Source: Paramecium tetraurelia (taxonomy: Eukaryota). Taken from it: DNA of 64,000 nucleotides. This document shows, one piece after another, positions 11,646-24,503 of this stretch (positions are counted from its first letter, which is position 1; the number at the start of each line of letters is the position of its first letter). A program made the translations under genes and the position numbers. The DNA is taken from the NCBI GenBank assembly GCA_000165425.1, contig CT868219.1, forward strand, positions 376,728 through 440,727, given 5' to 3'. The notes beneath the pieces were generated by a model. It made no database searches, was not told the origin of the DNA, and saw nothing but the letters and a program-made list of their open reading frames with translations.

Positions 11646-14261
11646 ATGTTAAGCTTAGATCAATAAGAATTAATTATACAGAGAATAAAATCAAAAAAGC
11701 CAATATTCAAGACTATATGTGAAATAGAGTATTTAATCAATTAATTCCTTTAGACAATTTCCCAAGTTGATTAAGAGTAGAGAAGCAATTCAAAAATCAA
11801 TTTTATCATAAATTCAAAGATCAGTTTCAAATACAGATATGGATCCCTTGGCATATGGATAAAAAGAATTAAAAGATGTGATGACCTATTTGGAAGAACA
11901 ATTAAAAACTGTTTTCTTACCCTCTCTAAGTTTAGATGAGAGAAAAAAATCAAAATTTTTGATGAAATAAGAATCCAAACAACTTGATTATGAGGAAAGC
12001 AACCATCCAAAAAAATAAAGAGTAGATAAAAACAAGTGTAGGAAATGCAAACAATCAACTATACCTATGATATTAAACTTATTATAACAAACAGAAAACT
12101 AGGACACAAATCCTCATGTTACTATGAAATCTATTAGATAATAAATCGTGTAAAAATCATAGAAAAAAGAAGAATAGTCAGAATCTAAAGTACCATACAT
12201 CGCATTTGACTACTCTGATCGCATTATTATTTGTAAGAGATGCAGATTCAAATTTCATGCTGAATGCGTCTAAGTGCTTGATAACATCAATGATTGGATT
12301 TGCGATTATTGTTTGGACAGAATATAGGAACTCAAAAATTCTAATTAATGGGATTATATCAATAATAAATAGTTGAAATAGCAAATATGTCCAACTTCCG
12401 AATAAAAGAAGATCAATTTGTCACTAATAGAAAGAATTTAGAAAAAATAGAAAATCTTTATTATTGAAGAAATGGAAATCACGCCATTCAAACCTATTGA
12501 TTAAATATCAGACTTCTTAAGGAAATATCCACTCTATAGAGGATAGAATGGAAAAATAAAATATCCTGTTTTAGAAAAGTTGGCTCTAGATTACCCAGAA
12601 GTCTTGGAAATTAAATAGAAACCATAACCATATATGATAAATTCAAATTTAGTTGAGGAAATCCTTAAAATCTAAACAAGCTATTAAATATTATTCCCCT
12701 AATGCTAAACTCCTCAAAATGTTAATCAAGATTATATTGAGAAAAATTTCTATGAAATTCTTATGAATTTGCTTACTGAATACTTTAATGAATTTATGCA
12801 ATCAGACGTAGTCAAATTTGATAAGTATTGCACTTAGGCAAATGTTTAAGCAAATGCTTTTTTAGAAATAATGAATTATTTGTATGATCATTAAGAAGCT
12901 TTAATGAAAGATCTAATCAAAAAAACATGGGTGGAATGTGTAATTTAAATTGATCAAATAATAAACTATGACTGTGAATCAAATATTAATAAAATCGACT
13001 TTAGCAATTTAGAATTTTCAGATTAAATCTACATTTTAAGTCTATTAACTGATGGTTTATACGATTTAGACAAAATGAAGGAACAAATAAAGTAAAAGGA
13101 CTCTTCAAATAATTATCGACAATGTATAATCTTAAATTATATTAGCCAATTTAAAAATATTATTTTAACAAAATTAATCTGCCTTTATTAATTGTGGAAC
13201 TTATCTTGGATAAGATGCCGATGAATAACAATATTTTTATTTTACTCATGTTCCTAGTTCAATATTTGTAGAAACAATGGCAGGATGGGGTCAATATACC
13301 CTCTCAGATTTATCAGAATTGATGAATGCACTCAATTTGTAAGGAGTTAATGAATCTAACTTATTTGAAAACTTAGAATTAATAAGTCAAGTCAAACTCT
13401 TTGATAATAATACAACTCCCATAAAATCATAGAATCGATTAATTTAAAGTATTTGTAAACCAATAAATAGAATAGTAATATCATCTTGAAATCATAGAAG
13501 TTATTGAATAGTTTTAAATTACTGAAGAGACCTATACCAAATACTTGCTATCTAAAAATTTGATTTGGATAGAAAATAATAAAAAACAAAATTTTTACTA
13601 ATTATTAAAGAATGAGAAATAGATTTAGCCTTTATTATAAGCACTGAAACTATTTTTCAATGGTTTATTATTGTTAAAATCTAATGATGGATATTTTGTT
13701 AAACCATTCAAAATTTTTAAATAAAACTTTGAGCTTGTAAATTAATTAGCAATCTACATTGATAATGCATAATCCTAATATAACGTGTATATTTCTTTAA
13801 TCACTTTAAACTTACTCTTAGAAGAGTACCAATAGTATCAATCTTAAAAAGAATTGAAAAATAAGAAAAATCAAGCTCAACGTAAAATCACTTAAAAAGT
13901 TAATTAAAAAGAGGTGAAAAATATCAAGAAGAAGTCCAAATTAAAACATATTGAGGATGAATCTTTAGAGTAAGAATAAAGTCTTTAATACGCGAACAGT
14001 TTGGCTAACAAAAGGGAGAAAAGGGAAAATGCAGGAAAAAAGTAATAACGATTTATTAACCATAGTCCAAACATCAACTTTGATTAGTAAGTAAAGAATC
14101 AAAAGAAAATATCTTGTACTTCTTGTAAGAAATAGATTCCCTAGACTACATAAAGTGTTTAGTGTTCCAGATGCAGTAAACCTTTTCATTAAGAATGTTT
14201 ATCATTAAGAAAAGACTATTGCAAGGATTGTGCCAGAAATAGCAGCAAGAAATAAAAATGA
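11646..14261 (+). CDS. PHD + WHIM1 + WSD + C-terminal PHD chromatin protein (BAZ1/ACF1/Itc1-like)
   Basis: CRKC...CKRCRFKFHAECV...WICDYC; FSNLEFSDQIYILSLLTDGL (WHIM1-like); YLGQDADEQQYFYF...IFVE...WGQY...LMNALNLQGVNESNL (WSD); CTSC...CSRCSKPFHQECL...YCKDC. Confidence 0.8.
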
Positions 14262-14307
14262 GGCTTTTCCTTAAATAAGCTTAATTAATACAGTATATTA
14301 TTTTCAT

Positions 14308-16725
14308 TCAAATATCTAATTACATTTCCCAAGTCAATGTTAATAATTCAAGATCTTATTTAATATTTGATGGTAGAATTAATCCATCTGAAATGCTGAT
14401 GTATTTAGATCTAAAACATTGTTCTTATGATATAAATATAAGTTCTCATAAAATTTAAAAAATTCAAACTAGTCATAATATCAAGAAATCTTCAATATTA
14501 TCATTCAAATCTTAAGTTTTCTTCAAACATTCGTTTATTTCCCTTTCAAACTTAAGAAATTTAGTATCCTCACTATTTTAAGTTAAAAGAACTGTCGACA
14601 AAAAGCATTTATAGAGTTATTCTAAATTATATTTTAAGTCCTCCGTCTGCTTATGGATCATAGTCACAGCAATTTTCATATCTGAATTTTCTTACTAATT
14701 TATTAATGAGATGCATGTACAAATTAAATTGGTAGAGATTTTGGTTTGAAATAATTTAAGCCCTTCATGAGAATGGAAGGAGTCTTGGAATTCTTGGATA
14801 TTTAGCTCTCCCCATCAGATATCATAGATGAGTCTAAATTATGTGGTTCTACCATTGGAGTTTTTGAAATGCTTTGATTCAGCATTTACTTTTGCATTGT
14901 TGAAGCAGGTTATTACTTTGAGTGATTGATCATTTAAGATATCTATTAATTTTCTAATTGTAATTATTTGCTTGCAGAATTTAGATCGTTTATTTTCTAT
15001 ATGAATATAGAAACATACCTATTTTAATAGTGAATTTTATTGTTCTAAGCGATTCAATTCATTTAATGCAATTCCTCTTTTTTCTAAATGTTAATGATTG
15101 GTCAGTTTCTATTATTCTAATTCGTGATTCAAATCATTAATTTCTATTTTATTCTCAGCTATTTTTTATTTTAATTCACTGTTTTTTTAAGTTAATCTAT
15201 TATAATTTAATATAATACTCTTAGATAGCTTACTCTAATTTTGACATTTATAATTCTTTTTCCATAACTATTTCTGGATTGATAGAAATCTCTGATGAAA
15301 CAGTGCTTTCAGTTTTTTATTGAAGCAATTGAATTTATTCTTCAAGTTAAGTAATTTTTGCTGAGTATTCCTATTCCTACTATGATAGTTATAATTTCAT
15401 CTATTTAAATTTATCCTTTTAATCATCAAATATTTCTTTTTCTTATTTTCTTTTTTCTTTAAAGGAATCTAATTGTTATTGTAACAAATTATTGCTTTGA
15501 AACAATTTAGTAGCTTCAGCCTTATATTGATTCAATTCTCTTTCATTTCTGAGTAACTATATAATATGAATAATCATACTTCTTTACACTTCTATTCTTA
15601 TTTTAATTCTTCATGATTTAATTTTGTTTCCAGATCTCTGACTTTATTATTAAATTGTTCAGTTAAAGTGCTAAGTTCTGTACTCTTCTCTTCAATTTAT
15701 TATAAAACTTTGGAATTTTCTTATTATACTTTTTGAATTTCCTTCTATAATTCATTTACCAAAGCTATATATTCACCTTTTAGCTTTTCTTTTTCATCTT
15801 CTTTAATTTAATTCAAGTTTTAACATTCTTTTTACAATTCCTAATATTTATTCTAAATTTCTAATAGCTATTGATCAACAGTCTTTTTCTCATTAACTAA
15901 TTGCTCGATTTAATTTTGCAATTAACCAACCAGTTACTATTAAGTATTCTTCTGATTGTTAATTTTGTCTTTGAGCTACTTTTCAGATTCTAAGGACATA
16001 ACTAAGTCTTGATTCTCAGATTGCAAATTAGCTACAATTTACAACGTTTTTTCTATTTGATCTTTGAGATGTTGAACTTCTTCTGTTTAATACTGTCTAC
16101 TGGATTAAGCTGGTAAGTTTTCTACAAACATCAATATAGAGTCATCAATCTACTAAAGTAAATCATGGAACAAAGTGTCAGATACTACTGTTATATGAGT
16201 TGATACCCTCATCGTCTTTGTCGTAACCCATCTAATCATTATAATTTTCCAAAAAGTCATTCATTATGTCTTTGATAGTATTAAATAAAGACTCTTTTAA
16301 TTCTTGACATTTTTTTTCTTAAAACTCTTAAGGCATTTACATCTTCTAGAGCGCTAAAATTTATTATTTGTATTTTTAGCATTCCTTGTTAAGTCTCTCT
16401 TTTTCCTAATATTCTACTTCATACTTCTTTAGAATTTCCATCTGACTCATTTTATATTGTTCAACTTCGTCCATTAATTATTTTCTCTCTACCTATAGTA
16501 TCTCAATTTTTTAAAAGATGGGTTCAATTTCAACTCTTTACTAATCATAACTAATTTTTTTTGGAATTCATACGCTTTTCTTAAATCATTAATATACTAT
16601 TCTTATTTTACAGACTACTCATTGGCTTTCTTTGAGTCATAATTATACTTTTTAACAGCAAGTGAATCAAATTCCAAAAATTGTGTAGGTTGTTTCTTTT
16701 ATTCTTTTTTTGAGAATAATGACAT
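14308..16725 (-). CDS. Long coiled-coil protein (golgin/centrosomal-like)
   Basis: MSLFSKKEQKKQPTQFLEF...; extended Q/E/K heptads; tiny introns restore the frame; ends ...LTWEMQLDI*. Confidence 0.7.
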
Positions 16726-17157
16726 TTTATCTATTGTGTATTAAATAATGAAATTCAAATATTTTTTTTCGAGTTATTCAATGCCTCAACTTGTAAAATA
16801 TGGCATAGACACCTATTTCACGATTTATACAACTGCATAAACTTAAATTTTGATATTTTTAGTAGAATACTTACCATACCTCACAATACCATTAAGATAA
16901 GAAATGTGATTAAAATTTTACATGATCAATTAAATTCATAATATAAAATTTAAGATCATAAACAACTAGAAAAGAGAATTATACTAAAAATATAATATAT
17001 CTATTCATTAAATAAAATTTTGTAATAGATGTTTACAATTTTTGAGTGTGTATCTTTTAAGGAGTGGAGGATTTATTTCTCTAATTTAATGATTATCACT
17101 ATTTAATGGGTTTCTGCTATAAATTTATTAATAAATTATAAAATTTAATCAATACAT

Positions 17158-20100
17158 ATGCTTTATTCTCGACCTAAATATTTGCCAAAGTGCAACAATC
17201 ATCCTTGTGAGACTGTAGAATCATTTGAAAATGCATACAAAAACAACCTTATTTAATGGTACTGAATCAAATATTTGCACTTCTTAAAGTGGACAAATGT
17301 TCACTTTTTGTTCTTACGATATATATATTTTATTAATTGTGGTAATTTTAGGGCTAAGAAATAAAATGTCAATGAAATTGCAGTTGTTTCCAAAAAAATT
17401 ACCACTTTTATTATCAGAATGTATATCTATGATTTGTAAGTCGAAAGATGCAATTACGCTTTAGATGAATAAAATCCAAGGTAGCAGTATCATAATTATC
17501 AAAAGATTCCCCTCAATAACAGAAGATATTAAAAAAGTTTGTTTGCTTCGTAAGAGACGTAGTCATGAAGAAGAAAAATTACATTTAGAATAGGTATCTT
17601 TTATTTATAATAAAAATATTAGAAATTATTATCAAAAATTTACATTGTTGATCAAGATGAAATGTTTGAGAAATTCTGTTTGTAAGGGTCTTTAGAAGAT
17701 AATATAAATTTATTGATAGAATGCTCAAATGGGCTTGCGTTTTCTTCATAACCAAAAGTTTCATACAATTGTATAACAAAACAGTATATTGTGAATGATG
17801 CCATCTGGTTTAATCCGAAAACATATTAGTCATGCACTGGATGGATTACAAATGAATTCGAAAAGGCCATTGCTTTATTGTATAATGTTAGTTCTATAAC
17901 CTAGATATTACTAGCATCAATAGGATTGCATCGAAGAAAATAACCTAAATAAAGATGAAGATCTTAAAAGATTTTGGATTTAGGATTTGGATTTAAGAAC
18001 TAAAATACTAAATCAAATACCATAGATTTGTAAAGAATTTAAGAATGCCCCAAAAAAAAAGAATACAAAATAAGAAGATATTTTATGGACTCAACTCATT
18101 TTAAAATAATCTTCACCATAAAACGATAAATAAGTAAATCAAGATTAAAATTTGTAAATGATGTTATAATCAATCAATGAGTCGGATGTTTCTACTATCA
18201 TTATGAATAATGAATTAGAGAGTATAAATTATATGCCTCTTGAGAAGATTTTAACCATTTAGATTTTATGTTAAAGAAGAATATTGAGATTGATAAGAGA
18301 TCACTATAAGGAAAAACTAATGAAAGACATTTAGAACATTGAGGGTAAGGAAAAAAAGAAAAATGTAGAATAAAAGAAAAAATCTAAAAAACATAAAAAG
18401 CAAAAAAATAAAAATGAATAAAAAAAAATTAATATGAATTAAGACAAAAGTAATAGTTTTGAATTAGCAGATAAGTAAGACACAACTCAAGACGATGTTC
18501 ATTGTAATGAATATGAAATAGACAAGCCTGCAGAGTAATTTTAAAAAATATCTAATAGTTCAAGCTACGATATTACAACCAATGCTCACGTGTCAGCAAA
18601 ATCATAGTTGAATAAAAATGCCATTTTAGAAATGAATTTGGTTGAAGAAACTAATTAAATACTTGATGCTTAAACAATCATAGAATTGAACAATAACAAT
18701 TAGAATGATGATGATGATAATTGGGTTGTCATAACTGCACCTAAAAAATAAAAAAATAAATCAAAACAAAAATTAGCTACATCTTAAGAGGACTAGTTCA
18801 AAAAATAAAAGTCACAATAGAAATCAATTCCATCAAAAATCAAGGAATAATCTGTTAAATCAAATGCTCATGATTAGGATCTTTTTTCGAGCTAAAAGAG
18901 CTAAAAAAGAAATGCATAAGCTATTGAAACGATTAAATAAGACATATTGATGGTGAATAGGGAGAAACCTGTAAAACAATAATCTTAGGAAATTGCGAAT
19001 CCATCATCTCAAGATTTTGCTAAAGATAATCAAATCTCTATTTCAAAGTAGGAAGAGACAAAAAATATCAGCCTATCCCCAAAAATGATAGAAATTGTGG
19101 ATTTGAGTTTAAAAATTCCATAAGAGGTTGAGAAATTAGTTTAAACTAATCCTAATATTAATACTCAAATGGATATTTAAAATACACCTCAGAAATAGCC
19201 AATTAAAGAAGATTAAATAGATTATGCTATATTGAATTAAGCAAGGGCCTTAATGATCAAGAAACTCGATATGGATATGAGAGAATTTAGTGATGTTATT
19301 TTAGGGTAGAATCAGTAAATTCTAAAATTCAGAAGGATAATTTATGACAGATTATAATTTGTCATCAATTATCTATATAGAGGTTTCATTCATCATATAT
19401 ATTAGCTAGATTTTAATTCTTAAGTTTGCCTTTTCGGTTCATGTGCCACTGGATTAGCCCTTCCAGAAAGTGACATTGATATAGGAATAACTGGATTTGA
19501 AATGTGTTCTCCATCTTAGTTAAACTTACCTATTCAAAAGTTAACTGAATTTCTCTAAAAAATGAGATGGGTTAACAATATCGTGTACTTTAAATCAATA
19601 TACTTTTTTAGAGCAATCACTTCATCAGCAATGCCCTTAATTAAGTTATAAGTAGATCCAACTATTTCCTTTGTCTAGTCCTCTTTGCCAATAGGCCTAC
19701 CTTACATAGATCTTGTTTTAAAGTAATGATTCCCTTATTATAATAGTCCTGATGAAGATATTCCTAAATAGATCTTCAGTGTTGACGTTAGTTTTTTCCA
19801 ATATTCAGGTCCAAAGTAAAATTAGCATTTGGGTTTGATTTCAACTGATTTAACGCTATAATGGCTGTCTTTTTATAGTGAATTGAGACCAATTGTGTTA
19901 TTATTTAAAAGTTTGCTGAAGAAAAGAGGATTAAATGATTAATACAAGGGAGGAATCTCATCTTTTTGCATAATTTAAATGGTTCTGGCATTTTTAGAAT
20001 GCTTTTACCATTAAAATCAAGTGTCATCTATAGGTTACACAACATATAATTTTTTGAAATTTTATGGGACAGAATTTGATCCCAAGACTACAGGAATTAG

Positions 20101-20423
20101 TTATAAAGGATTTAATGAAAAGTAATTTATTATTTGATTGTAGTCCATTTTATGAATTGAATGAGTATGATGATTAATCTGAGATTACAATAGTGTCTCC
20201 AATCACAAATGAAATTATAAGTTCGGCCACCTCATTTGTTTTAACAATATTATAAGACTTGAAGGCGTTGTATTAAGCAACTGAAAACGAAGTGACCTTT
20301 TTTTATGAGAAACTAAAATTCAACAAAAAAAAGAAAGGAAAGAAAGAGGAGAGAAATTTATTTTAAAAGGAATTGAACAGACTTCGACCTCTCTTTAGCA
20401 CTACTGTATATAACAAAACTTGA
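17158..20423 (+). CDS. Non-canonical poly(A) polymerase / nucleotidyltransferase (Trf4/PAPD5-Cid1 family)
   Basis: LFGSCATGLALPESDIDIGI (GS..DxD), MPLIKL, FSVDVSF, ELRPIVLLFKSLLKKRGLNDQYKGGISSF, FLKFYG. Confidence 0.88.
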
Positions 20424-20493
20424 CTTTAATTTTTAAGTAAATAAAATACCAAAATTGGTTAAGTAGTTAACAATTTTTAATAAAATTCTTTAT

Positions 20494-22367
20494 TCATTCT
20501 AATCCTTCAACATTTGATTCCTAATCTCCAATTAATTTAATTGGGGGAACAAATAGTTCTTGCATCAATTTAACAGTGTCTACTTCTAATTTGATTAGTG
20601 ATATGATATACATGTATGTGCTTTTCGTTCTTTTCTCAAAATAATTAAACTAGGTTTCTTTATTCCTTCCAAAATCCCTGTTACCTTTTAGAATTCAGGT
20701 TTTGATCCATCACATAAATCCCATATCGGCAATCCTCCACCTTCACTAACCACATCTTCACTTTCAAAATAATTATTTAATCTTGAAGTTGCTACAGAAG
20801 GTGAAATATAAGAATCTAATTGATATGATGAATTAAGTTGAGGAATTTAAAGTAAGGTGGAAGAATGATTTTGCATTCTGAAAAGTCTGCTATCATCAGG
20901 TTTGATTGGGGATAACACATTTTGTTTATTCAAATCACTATTTTCTACAATATTAATCAAGAGGGGAGGTTTTTTACTTTTACCTGTGGGACTATAGACA
21001 GTCTTTTTAGTGCCTTTTCTTTTTTCATTCATTATTTACTCAAATGTAAGTTATTGATTTTGTGTTGACTTTTATTGGGAATCTTTAGTTTATTAATTGA
21101 TGAACTGATTTTATTTATTTACTTGATTTAGTTTGTGTGGATTGAATGCAATTTCTACTTATTACCGTTTTTCTTGATTCTAGATTAATAAGAAATTACT
21201 TGCATAACATGGACTGTCTGATGCTTCTTTTGTTTGCTGTATTCAGGTAATCTTTCCCAATCATATGTAAATTAAGAGGAATTCATGGATGTTTATTTAT
21301 TAAGGATCTCAATTTCTCTTTCAAAATATGATTTTAATTTATCATATTTTGGAGTTTCCTGGAATTCTAAAGATTTCACATCGTTCATGTAGAAATAGAA
21401 ACACTAATATATATAAAATGAATTACTTTTGGTAAATTAGCACAAAGATCTTCAGTCTTAGTTTATTTTTTAATTTGATAAATTTTAGTATATTTGGCAT
21501 CCTTTGAATCAACTTACAAATTCATCCAAGGGAGATTTCCTGTGGCCAAATAAATCAAAACATAGCCAATGCTTTCTAGATCATCTTTTCTTCCTTATTC
21601 CATTTCCTCATGGGCACTTACTGATGCATATCTCGCAGTTCCTATAAGTCCTGCCTTTTTAACATACGAGATGTGCTCTCCTTTACTATTCTAGAAATTA
21701 AGAACACAATATCATACAATATAATGTTTGGAGAGGCCAAAATCAATTAAATACAGCATCTTTGCATTCGGCCCGGACTCAATAACAAAATTATCAGGTT
21801 TAATGTCTCGATGGAGAAATCTATTATCATGCATAACTGAAATTCTATCAATCATCTGTTAGGCTAATATCATCTTATTTTGAATACTTAAATGGCTAAT
21901 CTTAAGACAGTGGTTTAATTCATGACACACCCCAACTTCCTGAAGATCTATTCTAAGTTTTTTCCCAACAATGTCATGATGCAGTAAGTGTATCCTCTTT
22001 CTTATCCGTAGAATTTAATTTATGGAAAACCTTATTATTTTCTAATTTTGAATCATGTAATTTTACCTTAATTCAATGAGAACTTTGATTTCTCTTTCTA
22101 ATAAACTATTTTCATCGTCCTCATCTATTTCCACCTTCATAGCCCAAGTAGCGTTATTATTATTTCGATCAAGTACTTTGAAAACACTTCCAAATGAGCC
22201 TTCTCCAATTTGTTGACTAATTAAAAAGCGATTCTAAATGATATCTCCTACCTTTGAGTATAATTTAATTGTAATACTTTTAAGGGTTGAACATCCTCTT
22301 CGCTCTCATAGTATTTTCTTTCAGATTATACATTATCTGTGAAATTGTCCTCATTTTTAGAAATCAT
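20494..22367 (-). CDS. CSNK1: Casein kinase 1 family kinase with long C-terminal tail
   Basis: IGEGSFGSV, AMKVE, FLHRDIKPDNF, LIDFGLSK, GTARYASVSAH, RKDDLES, GNLPW. Confidence 0.93.
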
Positions 22368-22400
22368 TGATATGTGATTAATTATAATATTAAAAATGTT

Positions 22401-22956
22401 TCATAATTATTATAAATGGTGATGCCACTTGGTTTTTTCTGCAAGAATTCCAGGGTTAGACACATTGCCAAACTTCCCAAAATTGCCATAAACATTATGA
22501 GCAGTACTGAGGAAATGCCGTTTTACATTAAAACTTCAATTTAATTAATGAGTATATACTGTCTATCTCCAATTTCGATTTGCGATGCATTTTTGGCCAA
22601 TAAGGGTGCTTCAGGCTCTGGCAGTCGAGATCTAAAGGAACCCATGGTGTAGGGCTCCAAAGTTTTCTTGTCAGATCCAACATGTAAATTAGGTTTTGGT
22701 CGATAATCATCGGAATAGGTTGATGTAACATAGACAGATTTATTGTGATGATCAATTTACCCTTTGTTTGCAAGTTCATAGTAGGGAACAGCCTATGGAT
22801 TAATGGGAGTCATACGTAGGGGTTTCCTTTTTTCATGTGGATGTAGGAGCAGGAGTCGACTCGGGTGTCTTTAAAGTAGGGATAGGACTTTTGTTGTTTT
22901 TGGGATTGATGCAAGATCATGCGACCACTAATAGTGTGATTGGTATTTTGTGACAT
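22401..22956 (-). CDS. Small basic protein, possibly a ciliary microtubule inner protein
   Basis: MSQNTNHTISGRMILHQ...STYSDDYRPKP...RSRLPEP...RHFLSTAHNVYG...NPGILAEKTKW; two tiny introns; STYxxDY-type motifs typical of axonemal MIPs (inference). Confidence 0.65.
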
Positions 22957-22973
22957 AAAATAAATAAATTTTA

Positions 22974-24467
22974 ATGAGTTCATTTTATAATCATCAACCC
23001 AGGAGAAAGCATTCTCAAACATCGTTTTATCTAAAGACTCTTCATTGTCAACCATCACCCATAAAAGATTATAATAAAGATAACACTCAGCAAGAATATT
23101 TGCAGAATATGTTAAGGATGTAATAAAAAGAAATCGAAAGATTGGAACATCAAAATCGTAATCTCTAAATTCTGACCGAACATTAAAGTAAAATAATTTA
23201 TTAAGAAAGATAAAACAGGACTCACTTCATTCCCAAAATTTAAGATAAAGATACTATGGGGTCTTAATAAATCATTAATAAGCAAAGGGTTGAGAATCCT
23301 TTGGATAAACCCATCAGACTCTAAAGAAAAAACACCATAAATCGTAAATTGACTGTGCTCTTCCAATAGGATGACACATTCAAATTGAATTCTCTATTGG
23401 ATCTGAATATAACTGACGAGGAATTAATCAACAATTATTAAACCGATGGTTCCTTATCCTTAATTGAAGAGACTCTTAATGACGAGGATTGCTTTTTAGA
23501 TGTTATTCACAATTATCCTCCCCAGAAAGTTTCAATAATCTACGACAAATTGAAAAAATTATATCATGAACACAATCTCATGTTTCACATCATTCTTAAA
23601 CTCAAACTTCTCATCTAAAAAGGATTCATGATACAAAACAGTAAATTACTGGATGAGTCATTCCAAATACTAAGGGAATCCATCTTGACCATTATGAATA
23701 GTTAAGAAGTGAAGATATACTTGATAGATGAAGAAAAGAAGGAACTCTACTCTCGATAAGATAATCACAAGTACCAAATTGGAGAAGGTTTGGTAGGTTA
23801 TGTGGCTGAAACCAAACAGATTTTGAATCTAAAGAAAGCTAAATATGATACTAGATTCGCACCTATTGATTCAAATGTGATCCTGGCAGCTCCAATATTG
23901 GATAATCAAAAATGTTATGGAGTCATCGTCTGTTAAGAAAAGAAGAATGCAGGTATCTACTCTGAAGAAGATGAATCCTTATTATAATTGTTATCAGAAT
24001 AAGGTAAGATGATCTTATGCAATGTGATGAATCACAATTAATTGATGACTGCTGTGAATAAATTCAGACATGCACTCAAAAGTAGCATACAATTCATACA
24101 ATTGAAAAGTCAAACCTTATTAATATAACAAGCATAAAAGAGATTAAAAGAAATGATGAATAGTGAGATTGCGACAATTAAATTAGTGGAACACATAGAT
24201 GGGTAAGGAATCATGGGGGAAGCAATCTTAAATAAGTCAATAACTTATCATCACAATTCATATAACAGTTAGTCTTTCAATCCTAATATTGATCTAAACA
24301 CATCATTGCCAATATTTACACTTCCTGTCATCTGTAATAAATAAGTAGTGGCTTGTGCGTAATTCACCTAAGTTCGAGGACTAGTCCAATAATCGTCATT
24401 ATCTTCGATAGAGCAGGAAGTTTTGGAATTGTTTCTATAATCGTTCGGCTATCTTATAAGTAAATGA
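22974..24467 (+). CDS. Tandem GAF-domain protein with no catalytic domain
   Basis: YLIDEEKKELY...IGEGLVGYVAETKQILN...YDTRF...ILAAPI...GVIVC...YSEEDE; second degenerate GAF GIMGEAI...FNPNID...TLPV. Confidence 0.8.
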
Positions 24468-24503
24468 TATATTTATTTATATATATTATAACATAAATTT
24501 AAA

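Noticed and set aside
16550..16575. Apparent frameshift at an A8 run in the coiled-coil gene
   Set aside because: Explained by a 23-nt intron gtatgaattccaaaaaaaattag
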